From Malacoraja senta (lineage: Eukaryota): 64,000 nucleotides of DNA. Both the position numbers and the translations under genes were made by a program. Numbering within the stretch: position 1 is the stretch's first letter; each line of letters begins with the position of its first letter. The notes under the pieces were generated by a model. That model did not search any database. It was not told the DNA's origin and saw only the letters and a program-made list of their open reading frames with translations. Shown piece by piece: positions 49,843-62,947 of this stretch. The stretch is from contig CM075990.1 of assembly GCA_038087875.1 (NCBI GenBank), forward strand, positions 11,224,001-11,288,000. Reading direction: 5' to 3'.

Positions 49843-50443
49843 CATGGTAATGAATGATGGTGCATATTCACTTGGGACCTTGGCCCACCTCCTGTTTCAT
49901 TTATTACATTCCTTAGGGTTACACACTGCCAAGGTGCTTCACTTCCACATCTGTCTTCAGAGCTCGTGTTCATTTCAAGAGATTGTTCCTTGGGCAGATT
50001 CGCAACAAATGCTGTTATCATGTTTTGCTTATTAAAATGATGGATTAAAGTAATTAAAATCAGAACCTCTGGATGTGTATTAGTTTGCTATGATTCATGA
50101 ATCTTTTTTAAATTTACAGCTTTGCACAAGATTCACGAAATTTTGCATATTTAGTCTCGGGGATAATAGTTTGAGGGATATCTTTTAATTATGAAGAGCA
50201 AACTGAATGTCTATTACAGCTTAGTTTATTCTTAAACAAAATACCATGTGTTTAGCCAACCTTTGCAATATAACTGGAAAAGCAAAAAAGTGACGAGATT
50301 CTGCAAATCTGAAGTAAAAACAGTGAACACTGGAAATACTCAGCGGGTCAGACCACATCTGTGGAGGAAGAAAACAGCAAATGTTTGTGTCTCTGTTGAT
50401 GCTGACTGACTTTTCACACCTTTGATGTGACAGGGGAGCAGTG

Positions 50444-50740
50444 TTTAATTTAGTTTAAAGATACAGCACGGAAACATTACCCTTCGGCACACTAAGTCCA
50501 TGCCAACCAGCGATCACCTCATACACTAGCTCTATCCTAGACACTAGGGACAATTTACAATTTTTACCAAAGCAAATTAACCTACAAATCTGTACATCTT
50601 TGGAGTGGGGGAGGAAACCGGAGCAGCTGGGATAAACCCACATGGTCACGGGGAGAAGTCCATAGGGACAGCACCCGTAGGCAGGATCGAACCCGGGTCT
50701 CTGGCGCTTTAAGACAGCAACTCTACCGCTGCGCCACCCT
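50444..50740 (-). mobile_element. HE1-like V-SINE
   Basis: Reverse complement of the full SINE. Confidence 0.9.
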
Positions 50741-51528
50741 GGTGATGTAGTGGAACACAACAACGGCAGAAGGAATGTTATGACTCTAGGTTGCCGAGTG
50801 GTGCAGCTCTTGGCATGCTGCCTCAATTACCTCGGTTCAATCTTGTCCTCTGCGTGGAGTTTGCACGCTCTCCCTGTGGCTGTGGACAAAAAAGGACACC
50901 AAGTATTCCGAAAAAGTGTCCCAACCCAAAACATCACCTTGCCATGTCTTCTAGAGATGCTGCCTGACCTGCTGAGTTACTCCAACACTTTGTGTCCTCT
51001 CTCTGTGACTGTATGGTATCCACAGGGATGATCCTGGCAGTTCAAAGAGATGCAAGTTGAAAGGTTAATTGTTTAGGTTGAAGGTTGAAGGGCCACTGTG
51101 TAGGTGGGTGGCAGGAATTCATGGGCTTAAGGAGAGAATAAGTTACTGGGAAACAAGTGGGGGAAAAGGATTGAAACCTGGCCGACACAGTGGGAGAAGC
51201 CTCCTTCTATGCAGTTAGGACATGTGAAATATTTAAGTTATTGATTGTCATTTAACTTAACTGTTCCCCCGCTGCTAGGCAGGAGGAATTATGGAACTGT
51301 GGGTATTCACTTGTGCACAGAGATCGGTGGGCTCATTCATCATGAGAATGCGTTAACATTTGACAAATGCAAACCCCTCCATTGTCTTGCATCTTGTCCC
51401 TTACTTGACCCTGCTTTCAACTCCTCTCTCATTTTTGTTCACGCTTGTTTTTGAAACAAAAGATCATTCAGCCTATTGAATCTATGGCAGTTCGCAGAGC
51501 AATCTGTGACAATATATATATATGCAAT

Positions 51529-51624
51529 GTAGACAAAAATGCTGGAGAAACTCAGCGGGTGAGGCAGCATCTATGGAGCGAAGGAAATAGGCAATGTTTT
51601 GGGCTGAAACCCTTCTTCAGACTT
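51529..51624 (-). mobile_element. Penelope-derived mini-element
   Basis: Exact 14-bp TSD TATATATATGCAAT (51515-51528, 51625-51638). 5' end at AAGTCTGAAGAAGGG. Confidence 0.85.
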
Positions 51625-52895
51625 TATATATATGCAATCCCTGGCAATATATATACAATCTCTGGCAATATATGTATGCAATCTATGACAATATGGTAAT
51701 CTATGGCAATTTATGGCAATTTATGGTGATATATGCAATCTATGACTGTTTGCAGAGCATTCCTGTTAGTTGATTATTTTGCTTATTTCCCATGTAACGT
51801 AATCTTTCTCTCACATGCCCATCAATGTTTCACTGATTTTCCCACCGCCCGCTATGGGTAATCTACTGCAGCCAATTGTCTTACCACCCAGTACGTCTTT
51901 GAGATGAGAGAGGGAACTGGAGCATTGGTGGAGCCACAAGAACGTGCAAACTCCCCAGAGGTAGCACCCAAGCTGTACAGCTCAGAGTCAAAGCAACTTT
52001 GAGCCACCTCTCCTACCTTCTCCTTCCTTGACCGTCTGTCTGCTTTCCCATGTCCATGTTCCCACTGATTTGGGAATGTTTTAGGAGCAGTCGGAGTAGT
52101 TCAGATTGAAAATGGAGATCTCCTCACCAAACTGTGGCGACTCATATTTATGCAGGTTGAAGGGTGGCCCAATACACCGATACATCGACCAAAGCAATCC
52201 TGACCAAAAAACGATTATTCTCAGCTAGTGTACGACTGCACTGGTATTCTCAATGCATCACTTTACAGCCAACAATATGTGATCAGTGTTGCAACAAAGG
52301 AAAAAATGGCAGACAATTTGCACAAAGCAAGCTCCCGCAGGGTAGAATGTGACAATGGCTATTCATCTGTTATAATGATGTTGCTACCAGAGAAATATTG
52401 GCAAGGACATTAAGAACGGTGCTGTTGCTTTACTTTGCAATCGTTTTTTTTGAGAGAAGGCATTTTAATTTCATATCAAATAGAAGCCATGACAATGTAG
52501 TGTTGGCCCCATAGCAGAAGCGCCCACGTCGCGGGGCTGGAAACTGGAAGTATCCCGAGCTAATTCTGCTACCACCATCATCTACTGCGACAAGTGATGG
52601 CTCCCACTGATTGTCGCCGGAAACCTGTGTCCTTTTCAGGACGGACGATGACAGCGAGGTCAACATTTGAAACAGGGAAGGTGGACACGAAAGAAGGAGA
52701 AGAAGAATGTAGCATTGGCTTCAATCCACACAGGAGTGTTGTGACAAATTCCCATGGATTCTGACTCGGAACAAGAGGTCTTTCAGCTGAGCCACCAATT
52801 GTTCAGTAGAATCAAGTTGGGCCGAAGGGCCTGCTTCCATGCTGTGTGACCCTATAACTCTGATTCTATGCTTATCAACAGTTCAGTAGTGTTTT

Positions 52896-53255
52896 ATGAA
52901 TGAATGAATGTATAGTTTATTTCGGTCATACATTAAAAAGAACAAACTTTACAATCTGTGTGAATATGAACCAACACTGTATCCATTTCACACAACGTTC
53001 ACATAATCAATGACCGAAAAAGGAATAGGCTGAAGCCACAAAGCTTATTTTTGCCTATCCTACACAATCCATAAGACAACCCAGAATATCAGCATTACAA
53101 AGGAAATGAAAAATAAATACAATTTACTCTAAATTGTAATCCTTACTTATTTTACATTTTAATCATTTTACATTATAAACCTTAATTATTTTACAATTTA
53201 AGGCTTTTTTGAAACTAAATTGAGAGCTACAAAATTTCAACTCATTTATCACATA
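52896..53255 (-). mobile_element. L2/Crack-like LINE 3' end
   Basis: Minus strand NELKFCSSQFSFKKAL-like C-terminus, AGGAATAGGC..GCCTATCCT stem, AATAAA and (CATT)n tail. Confidence 0.55.
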
Positions 53256-53259
53256 TTAC

Positions 53260-53470
53260 ACATGTAGGCACCGCCATTATTCAAAGTCCAAAGTCCGGTC
53301 GGCCCCCACCGTCTGGATGTACTGGAACAGTTCCCGTGAACTGACGTCCCTCTCCTCTCCTAGCCTGGCCGTCTTTGTGTCCCGAGGGCGCCTCCTGCAG
53401 CTGACTTTGAAGGCGCTGGAGGCATTACCCGGTTCACCCTGCTACCTTAGCCCACTCCTAGTCGCTGCTA
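53260..53470 (-). mobile_element. Unclassified GC-rich retroposon (family of 16375-16655)
   Basis: CTCCTGCAGCTGACTTTGAAGGCGCTGGAGGCATTACC block shared with 16540-16580. Confidence 0.65.
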
Positions 53471-53754
53471 ACGTTTAGGGAATTAAAATCCACTGGCATC
53501 ATATTTGTGTGATATCACCATCATACTGTCTCTGGAGTTCAGGACTTTAAAATAACTCTCTCACCAGAGACAACCTTGTACAAATATGGTGTAAGAATAA
53601 TATCTGAAGAAAATGTTAGTCCCTGTCATTTCCTTGGTTTGTTTCCTGTCAGCTATTGTGGCACACAGATCTCATTCCTCATTGAACTGCCTGTCAGGCT
53701 TCCATTGCTTCCCAGTTGTGGGTTTTCTCTGGATCCTGAGAAGTTCCTCTTGCT

Positions 53755-54100
53755 TGGTTTAAGTTTAGGGATACAGCGAGGAAACAGGGGGCTTCGGCCC
53801 ACCGAGTGTCTTTGGAGTGTGGGAGGAAAGCAAAGATCCCGGAGAAAACCCACACAGACCATGGAGAGAACATACAAACTCCATAGTCAGGATCGAACCA
53901 GGGACTATGGAGCTGTAAGGTAGCAACCCAACCATTGCGCCACCGTGCCTCTTTAGACTTTTAGTGATACAAGCATGGAAACAGGCCCTTCGGCCCACCG
54001 AGTCCATGCCCACCGGCAATGACCCTGTACACTAGCACTATCCTATACACTAAAGACAATTTACAATTTATTTTACCGAAGCCAATTAATCTAAAAACCT
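53755..54100 (-). mobile_element. Two adjacent HE1-like SINE pieces
   Basis: Internally deleted copy 53755-53949 and a 3' half at 53950-54100. Confidence 0.8.
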
Positions 54101-56094
54101 GCTTATCCCCATTGGATATGATAGTTCTCTTCTGTGCCTCAAAATTTAATGGAACAAACTGCAGCGGGCTACTCTGGATGTCTGATGTCCGAGGCATCAA
54201 TTTTGCTCCTGCCTCATCAACCTTTGATCCAAAGCCCTCCTGACATTAGCCCGACAAATCCCATTCACTCATCGCTCCTCGTGCTTGGCAATATACTTTG
54301 TCCTGCACTTCCTGGATGCCTCAAATATAAATGTCTTAATTTTGTTTTTAAAACTTTTCCCAAATCTCTGGGTCATCCTCCAATTCCAAGGAGTTGCTGC
54401 TCCTTCAGTTGTGGCTTCTTGTGGCATTTCTCCTAGTTTCTTGATTCTAACTCTTGGCACACATCTTTTGGCATCAAGACGTCAGACTCCGGAAACAGCC
54501 CAGGACCGGGAGAGTTTCCTCCACTTTAAACTTCTGTCCTCCTCATTACATTTTTTAAATCATTCATGTCCCCTTTCACCTCCTCCACTTCAGGGGAAAT
54601 GGAACTAGCCTCAAGAGCATCTCCACATATCTGGAATGTTTCATCACACAAGAGACATTTTACCGTGCCTAACTAACCTATCAACCAGCACTTTGGGACG
54701 TGGGAGAAAACCGGGACATCCAAAGAAAACCCGCACTGTCAAACTCCACACAGACAGCATTGGAGGTGAGGTCTGAAGCCAGCTTGCCGGAGCTGTGAGG
54801 CAGCCTCTTTACTAGCTGTGACATACTGCAGTCCGTTAACTTTCACTTTGTAGAAACAAGGAACTGGAGATACTGGTTTATTAAACAGCATGGATGTTCT
54901 CCGGGGATGCTGCCTGACCTGCTCAGTTACTCTAGCATTTTGTGTCTTTGCATTTAGTAAATCATATTCTCCAGAGATGCTGCCTGACTTGCTGAGTTAC
55001 TCCAGCATTTTGTGTCTTTCCTTAGTTCCACTTAGTTATTATTTCCTCCTCTCCCTCCTTTTCTTGCTTCAGATATATGATCCGTTAAACCTCTAAGTTT
55101 GACTAATTTTAATGCAAGTTCACCAATTTAAAAGATCAAGTGTTTCTTCTTTCAATTCATGCTGCCTGCACCTGCTGAGCACTTGGTGTTTCTGTATCTG
55201 TTTCTGTTCATCGCTTATACCATTGTGCGCATCAGCATTACCGAGTCTATCTTATATCCATTCAGTATGTGAAGATAGAGCATCTGGTTTGTGTGGATAC
55301 TAGTAATGCTTAGCTCCCTTCTCCTGTTCTGAGCCTGAAAGCCAGCGATTTCGTTCTCCACATTTCACCCACACTGACAAGTAAATCTTGAGTTTAAACA
55401 CAAAGATTTCTTAGTATCAGCAGACTGGGTTTAATATTAACAAATGGGAACATTGATTCAGACAGAGTGTATGTAGCCTGCAAGATATATAAATGGTCCT
55501 CAGGGACAAAAGGTTAGAAATAGCTGCTGTATTTATACTCAACTTGATGGCAATGGTCACATTAAAGACCCGCACTATATTGGAACTTTCAATTTACAAT
55601 CTGCAAGGAGGAATTGGTTTGAAATCTTCAAAAAGAATACCATCCTGGTTATTCATACATCACAGCATCTGTCTGGCACTGTGATGGCTGATAATTAACT
55701 TATTTTGTAGCTCCGCACATTAGCTCCCACGAACATTTTTAACGGGTGCTTTTGATCAGAATTCTCATTGATTTTTCTGGAAATGTGTAGTGATGAAATG
55801 AACGCAGGAGCCCGGTCACCTAAAGTGTGACGATGGCAAATCTTTCAGGCTCCAGATTGGCAGCGACAACAAAAATATAAATCGATGGAAAGGACTTCTA
55901 GCCCAGACAAGTAACCTTGTAACATCCGTGCTCTTGGTTCTCATCACTCTTTGTAGCTCATCGCCACTCTGGGATGCTGGTTGCTCTTTTGTTGCTTTTG
56001 GTCATTGTAGTCGGACACAGTTCTGAAAGAAGAGTACTCTCTGTACGTCTGAGCTCTGCTTTGGAGACTTGTATTTAGGCGCTGCACCAGTGAT

Positions 56095-56260
56095 ATGCCA
56101 AGTGAATGGCAAATTGTTAAAGGCAATGCCTTACGATGAGACGTGAAAGTAAGACCCTGTCTGCTCTCGAAGTGGATGCTAAAAAATCCCATTGAGCTAC
56201 GACAAGGAAAGCAGGTGATTTCTCCCTGATTTTTCCATTAATTAACCCACCAGTAATTTC
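56095..56260 (+). mobile_element. Ancient Deu-domain SINE relic
   Basis: GATGAGACGTGAAAG..CCCTGTCTGCTCTC..GTGGATGCTAAAAAATCCCAT resembles the Deu core. Confidence 0.6.
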
Positions 56261-57094
56261 ATCTAAACAAATTGTCCAGATTTTTCATGTTCATAAGTTA
56301 TAGGAGCAGAATTAGGTCATGGAGTCTACTCCGCCATTCAATCATGGCTGATCTATCTTTCCCTCTCAACCCCATTCTCCTGCCTTCTCCCTGTAATTCA
56401 GTGTTAGAAAAGATGATAATGGCAAAATACCTCAACATTTTAAAAAAATACTAGAATATGTACTCAAAAATGCCTAACCAACAAAGTTACGGACAGTCAT
56501 AGAAAGTATTTCACACAAGCAACTACAGATGTTGGTCTACAAAAAAAGACTCAAGGTGCTGAAGCAACTTAACGGGTCAGGGAACATCTCTGGAGATAGA
56601 TGACGTTTCAGGTTGGGACCTTTCTACAGAAGATCCTACTTGAAGCTGATGAACAGAAAACCGACCCGAAACATCACCTCTCCCTGCTCTCCAGAGTTGC
56701 TGCCTGACCCGCTGAGTTGCTCCAACACGTTGTATCTTGTCCTGACTGTTTTGCTTTGTTAATTGTGGGATCTTATTGTAGACAAAATGACTTCCCTATT
56801 TGCTACATTAAGTTAGTGACTGAACGTGAAATAAAAATGAAGTTAGCACACTGAGAAACACAAGACATTTTTTAGACCATGTACAACGAAAGCCTTTTTT
56901 CCATTTATTTATGATCTCGAAGAGAATCCGATCAACAAAGTGGCATTTCTTCCCTTGCTGACCTGAGGAATTGCAGCCAAAATTTAGACACTAATTGACC
57001 AAATAATATGGTCTCCCACCTTCACAGCGGATATTATATTGTGTAAGCTTGCTTACATTCATGCTAGGCTTACTCCTTTAATATTCAATATAGT

Positions 57095-57400
57095 GGCAGC
57101 ATGGTGGCACAGCGGCAGAGTTGCAGCTTTACAGCACCAGAGGCCCAGGTTCGATCCCGACTATGGAAGCTGTCTGTACTGAGTTTGTACATTCTCCCCG
57201 TGACCTCGTGGGTTTACTCCGAGATCTTTGGTTTCCTCCCACACTTCAAAGACGTACGGTTTGTAGGTTAATTGGCTTGGTGTAAATGTAAAATTGTCCC
57301 TAGTGTGTGCAGGATAGCGTTAGTGTGCGGGGATCGCTGGTCAGTGCGGACTCGCTGGGCCAAAGGGCCTGTATCCCCACTGCATCTCTAAAACTAAAAT
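57095..57400 (+). mobile_element. HE1-like V-SINE
   Basis: A/B boxes, core and tail. Confidence 0.9.
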
Positions 57401-57533
57401 AAAAAACGGAATATTTGTGACTGCACATGTGGTTTAAACTCTCTTTCAACTCCCCCTTTTTCTCTTCTGCCATTCTCCCTTTGCTTTCTGTCTCCTTTAA
57501 TAACATACTCAGTCTAATTCCATACTCTCCTTC

Positions 57534-58163
57534 AGGGCCTGTCCCACTTGGGCGACCTAATCCGCTAGTTCAGACGAGTTTGCCCTCGACTCATACTCGC
57601 AGCATGGTCGACACGAGGTCCTAGGAGGTCTTCGTAACTCTCCTTCATGCTCGAGATTAGTCCCCGTGTACTCGAGGCCTCAGCTAGGTCGCGCCGTATT
57701 TTTCAACATGTTGAAAAATGCCCGCGAGTAAAAAAAGGTCGCCATGGGAAAAATCGATACTTTTTTTACTCGTAGGTTTAGTCGAAGTAGGTCTTGGTTC
57801 TTGGTTTCTTGGTCCTCCAAAATATTCCAAATGGAATTTAAACTGGAGGTGGTGGAGGTCGTAGTAGGTCGGCATGTTATTCGTAGGTAATCGAGGGTAG
57901 TCGAAGGAAATCAAAGGTAGTCGTAGATAGTCTTCAACATAGTCGAAGGGAGGTTGAAGGGAGGTCGAAGGAGGTTGTCTTCACTCTCCACTATTCGGTG
58001 TCCAAATTTCCCGAAGCAAGTCAAAGATAGTCTTCAAGATAGTCGAAGGAGGTCGAAGGAGGTCTTCTACATAGTCGAAGGAGGTCTTCAACATGACACT
58101 TTTTCAAACTCTCCTAAACTCTTCTAAACTCGCCAATTAGGTCGCCGCAGTGGGACAGCCCCT
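57534..58163. mobile_element. MITE, PIF/Harbinger-like, with internal GTCGAAGGAG repeats
   Basis: 28-bp TIR AGGGCCTGTCCCACTTGGGCGACCTAAT (3 mismatches). Right flank TTA. Confidence 0.85.
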
Positions 58164-58564
58164 TTACTTCCCACACATCATTCCTCACTCCCAAACTGTG
58201 AAATATTCCACTCAGTTTTATCCTCACTGATCACCTCACTCCTTGTCCTGTTCCATACACTAGTTAACTAAATCTTCCTTATTAAATGTTAAATAACTCC
58301 CCACACCCTTTGCTATCCCCTTGTCCTGCTAATACTCTTTAACAGTATAAATCACTGGCATGTGTAGCATAACGTAAAGAACTGCAAAAGGGACATGTTT
58401 GTAACCAGGCTTGAGATCAAAGTCCTGAGGGATACTGTCTTGTGGTAATGTCTCAACGCAGGGTTCTCCTGCCCTTGATATTACCTCCAAAAGACTGAGA
58501 TTGTTAAATGTCAAAGTCTTTGATTTCGTTCTCCCAGCCGCTCTAACACCTCCATCCATCTTAC

Positions 58565-58837
58565 CGGGGGTCTCACTTCACCTTCCTGTCTCGGAGTGGG
58601 ACGTGAAGTGCCCCTTGCTCTTTCCCTCCACGCTCCCGTGCGCGCGGGGCCGCCGAAGGACGCAGACTCTGAGCGACATTGAACTCCACTGCGGGAAGAC
58701 AGTGAAAGATGGCCCTGTAAAAAGCAGCAGAAGTGAAGCATGCACTGAGTGCAGCCAGAAAACCTGGCCATGCTCCTGATACTTCCTCATCTTCAGCAGC
58801 TGCCAGAATGAAGATATTCACACAGAGAGTCCCCCAC
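58565..58837 (-). other. Candidate exon of an unidentified transcript
   Basis: Acceptor ATTTATTTCCCAG|G, donor CCG|GTAAGA, 273 nt, CpG-rich, not repeated in the window. Confidence 0.3.
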
Positions 58838-59499
58838 CTGGGAAATAAATCGAATCAGCCTTTCTGTTCGACAGACTGATTAGCTGTCTCTGACTTATCT
58901 GTGAGGACAGTTAATTGTGTGAAATCAACAGTGTTTATCAATGTCCTTGAAGGGGAGTTTGTCGTTCCTGTTGGAAAAAACCCCCAATGGAAATGTTTTT
59001 TTCAAACAGAGCGGATGATTGTTTTCTTATCTTTAATCCAGATAGTAGGAGAACAGATGCCTTTGTGCCAGAGTTGGCCTGGGTCGCTACTCCACTCTGT
59101 CTTAAATCTTGCTTCAATCTTGCAATGGAAAATGTTAAAAGAATCAGCTCTGCATATTCACGCTGGCTGTTACTGCTTGTGAAATATTTGTGCTTTTGTC
59201 TGCCTGTAGACGAGCATCCACAGTCAAACAAGTGCACATAATTTGAATGGGATCTGTAATTGACTTGCCTTTCTATAACATCTTTCATATCTCCGTGAGG
59301 AACTCCTGAAGTGCCTTATAACCCACATCATAGTGTTGAACTGCAGTCATTATTATGGAGTAGGAGGAGCTGGCAATTTATGCAAAGCAAGTTCTCACAA
59401 GCAGCAATGAGATAACAAAACATAGAACAGTACATAGCGGATGGAACAGAACATAGAACAGGGGAGCACGGAAATAGACTGGTCTTAATGATATTGGAG

Positions 59500-59702
59500 A
59501 TAGACACAAAGTGCTGGAGTAACTCAGCAGGTCAGGCACAATCTCTGGAGAAAAGGGATGGGTGATGTTTCATGTCGGGACACTTCTTCAGGCGAAAAGA
59601 AGGGTCCCTTCCTGAAACGTCACCCATCCTTTTTCTCCAGAGATGCTGCCCGACCTGCTGAGTTACTCCAGCAATTTGTGTCTATCTTCGGTCTTTCTAC
59701 AC
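59500..59702. mobile_element. Fold-back Penelope-derived mini-element
   Basis: Inverted arms around 59595. Confidence 0.8.
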
Positions 59703-59889
59703 GTAATGACTTTGGATATTGGTTTGTGTACCAAACATAATAATATTGTTTGAGGTGTTAATGTTGCACAGAACTAAACAGAGCTCGAATACACAAAAGA
59801 TTGATGTCTTGAGCAAAAAATAAACTGCTAGAGGAACTCGGTAGGTGAGGCAGTAAACGGTGAGGCGACTTTGGGGTTTGGGTTTAAAC

Positions 59890-60275
59890 CCTTCTACCCC
59901 CCCCCCTCCTCCGCCCCCTCCCCCCCTCCCCCCCCTCCCCCGACCCTCCCCCCCCTCCGTCCCCTTCTCTTCTCCCACTTTCTCCTTCCACCCATTTCCT
60001 TCCCTCTGGCTTTATATTTCATTCCTTTTCCCTCCTTGTCTGACATCCTTTTGTTTCCCTTTTGCCTTTAACCTTTGTCACTTACTCCTCCCATCTGCTA
60101 ATCATCCTCCCCCCACCCCTATCACCAGTATCCACCTATCACTTGCCAGGCTTTGTCCCGTCCCCACCTCTCTTTTTCCTCGCTTTCTTTTCCCCTACTC
60201 CTATCAGTCTGAAGAAGGGTCCCGACCCGACTCATTGGCTGTCCATTCCCTCCTTAAATGCTGCCTGACCCACAC
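59890..60275 (+). mobile_element. Penelope 3' UTR (C-rich) plus pLTR
   Basis: Poly-C tract leading to CAGTCTGAAGAAGGGTCCCGACCCG, as at 41005-41150. Confidence 0.7.
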
Positions 60276-61204
60276 TTGAGAGAGAGAGATTATCCCTGCA
60301 TTAACTCTGTCATGCGCTTTAAACTTACAAATGCTTCAATTAGATCACCTCTCAGTCTTCAAAATTCAAGAGTGTAATTGCTTGTCTGAGTGGATCCCGA
60401 ATTCACATCCTTATGATAGGTGGGGCTTCAATGAAGGGTGTTGCTGCCTCCTAGTTGCTGGAGCCTCAATCATAAAATTATAGGCTGGGCTATCCATGCA
60501 GTACTGAGGTAATGCTGTACTATTGAGGGTGATGCCTTGGAGATAGGCTGTTAAACTAAGGAGGCAACAGAGACGGAATGCCGAAACAAGGTCCGATGTA
60601 GGATCCTGACCCAAAATGTCACCTACGTATCCATATTCTCTGGAGATGCTGCCTGACCCGCTGAGTTACTCCAGCACTTTGTGTTCTTTTGAGGCACAAG
60701 AGAATGGCGGATGCTGGAATCTTGCACAAAACACAAAGTGCTGGAAGAACTCAACGGGTCAGGTAGCATCTCCGGAGGGAATGGGCAGGTAATGTTTCAG
60801 ATCGGGACAGTTCTTCAACCTGATCAGTCTGAAGAATGGTACCAACATGAAAAGTCGCCTGGCTATTCCCTCCACAGATGCTGCCTGACCTGCTCACTCC
60901 CTCCAGAACTTTGTGTATTACATTAAAACCAAGTTCTCACCTTATCTCTCAAATGATCTGCTGGTACCCTTTTAAAACAAAGCAGGAATTTCTCACTCAG
61001 TATCCTAGCTAATATGATTAAATCAGGTTGTGTGGTCATTAACTTGCAGTTTTGGGCAAAGATCTTAGAGCAGAGATCTCCGCTATAAGATCTTTGGGTT
61101 TGGGAGCTGACTGTACATAATGCAGCTGCCATGTCCCTTATATTACAGCAGCAACTTCATTTCATTGTGGCTTTAGGATGTTCTGAGGCTATGAAGGAAG
61201 GCCT

Positions 61205-61599
61205 GTTTTTCTGGGGCTCCCGCAACTACAGCTGCGTCCGCTGGACTGGAGGGCGGCAGCTTCGGCAGCTTCGACCACCCCGGGCCGCGGAGTTTGAACC
61301 GGCCCGTCGCGGAGCACGGATTCGGCCGCTGGACTGGCTTACCGTCGCCCGGCGGGGTCACAGCATCAGAAGCCTGGATCGCCTCAGCGCAGAGGGAGAA
61401 GAAAGCAGGAAGAGACAGAGACTTTAAGACTTTTGCCTCCATCACAGTGAGGAGGTACCTGGTGAACTCACTGTGGTGGATGTTAATTTGTGTTTATTGT
61501 GTGTTTTGTCATTTATTATTATATGTATGACTGCAGGCAACGAAATTTCGTTCAGACCGCAAGGTCTGAATGACAAATAAAGGAATCTCTAATCTCTAA
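61205..61599 (+). mobile_element. Young GC-rich non-coding retroposon with Rex/RTE-type tail
   Basis: CpG-rich body, TTCAGACC-GCAA-GGTCTGAA hairpin, AATAAA, (ATCTCTA)2. Confidence 0.65.
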
Positions 61600-62202
61600 G
61601 ATGTGGACATACAGGTCTTTCTATCGGAGCTGTGCTGGCAGAGCAATAATTAGCTATAAGTGTGAAGTGAGGGCATTTGGCAATATTAGAAACTCTCTTA
61701 AAATGCACATCATAATTGTTGTCTCTATTTCTGTTAATCATTCTTTAACCTTCCCACGAGCTGGTTACTTCATTGTGGTTGCTGGCTTGGAGCAATTATT
61801 GACATTGGCAAAGTTAAAGAAGCCGGATTTACATCAGCAGATGATTATTAACTAGGACAGTTTCCACAATTACGTCACCTTAACATCTCTGTTTATTCAA
61901 CCCTCTCAGTGGTCGACTCACTAATTCCTTTCCCTATTAAGTCATCACCTCTCACGGTTCTACCAAATGCGTTCAACACAACCTACAATGATACCCAACT
62001 AGAAATTTGCACTAGCTGCTGTTATATCCACCAGAATTTGGAGGTTTAAGGCAAAATGTTTGCAAGATATTAAGGAGATATTGGTTGGCAGACTAGCCCT
62101 CCGTGCTAGTGTCTGAAAACTAGGGCCCGATCTTTCATTGATGAAGTTAGGAAGCTCTCCGGCAAAGAAAGGCTGGTAGGAAAATAGAACTATGTTATGG
62201 AA

Positions 62203-62415
62203 TCATAGAGTCGTACAGCGTGGAAACAGGCCCTTCAGCCCACACCGGCCAACATGTCCCATCTACACTAGTGCCACCTGCCTGCATTTGGCCCATATCC
62301 TTCTAAACCTGTTCTATCCATGTACCTGTCTAAATGTTTCTTAAACGTTGCAATAGTACCTGCCTCAACTACCTCCTCCGGCAGTTCGTTTCATACACCC
62401 ACTACCCTTTGTGTC
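62203..62415 (-). mobile_element. CR1/HER1 3' fragment
   Basis: Collinear with 30670-30895. Confidence 0.85.
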
Positions 62416-62635
62416 TTCTGTGAACTCTGTTAAATTTGAGGTGGGTGGATGTTAGTTTACCTAAGCTACTAAGAGATGGTGGGCGAATGTCATAGTCATT
62501 TGGTGGGCGAATGTTACAGATCCTTCATGATTTCAGTGATAGTAATGTCATCTCAAGGGGCTGAATGGCCTCTTCTCCAGTCTGTGCCAATGTTATTATT
62601 CTCTAGATGGGAGATTGGATAAAGATAACACAATA

Positions 62636-62947
62636 GGCGTGGCACGGTGGTGCCGCGGTAGAGTTGCCACCTTACAGCACAAGAGTCCCGTGTTCGATCC
62701 TGACTGCGTGTGCTGTCTGTAAGGAGTCTGTACGTTCGCCCTGTGACCGTGTGGGTTTCCTCCAGGTGCTCCCGTTTCCTCCCACACTCAAAGACGTACA
62801 GGTTTGTAGGTTAATTGCCCCTCTGTAAATTGTCCCACGTGTGTAGGATACAACTAATGGACGAGGTGATCGCTGTCCGCGTGGACTCGGTGGGCTGAAG
62901 GGCCTGTTCCACACTGCATCTCTGAACAAAACTAAACTAAATTAAAC
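62636..62947 (+). mobile_element. HE1-like V-SINE
   Basis: Head, core and CTAAA tail. Confidence 0.88.

Noticed and set aside
59890..59965. Proline-rich ORF or functional G-quadruplex
   Set aside because: Low-complexity C tract of a Penelope 3' UTR.
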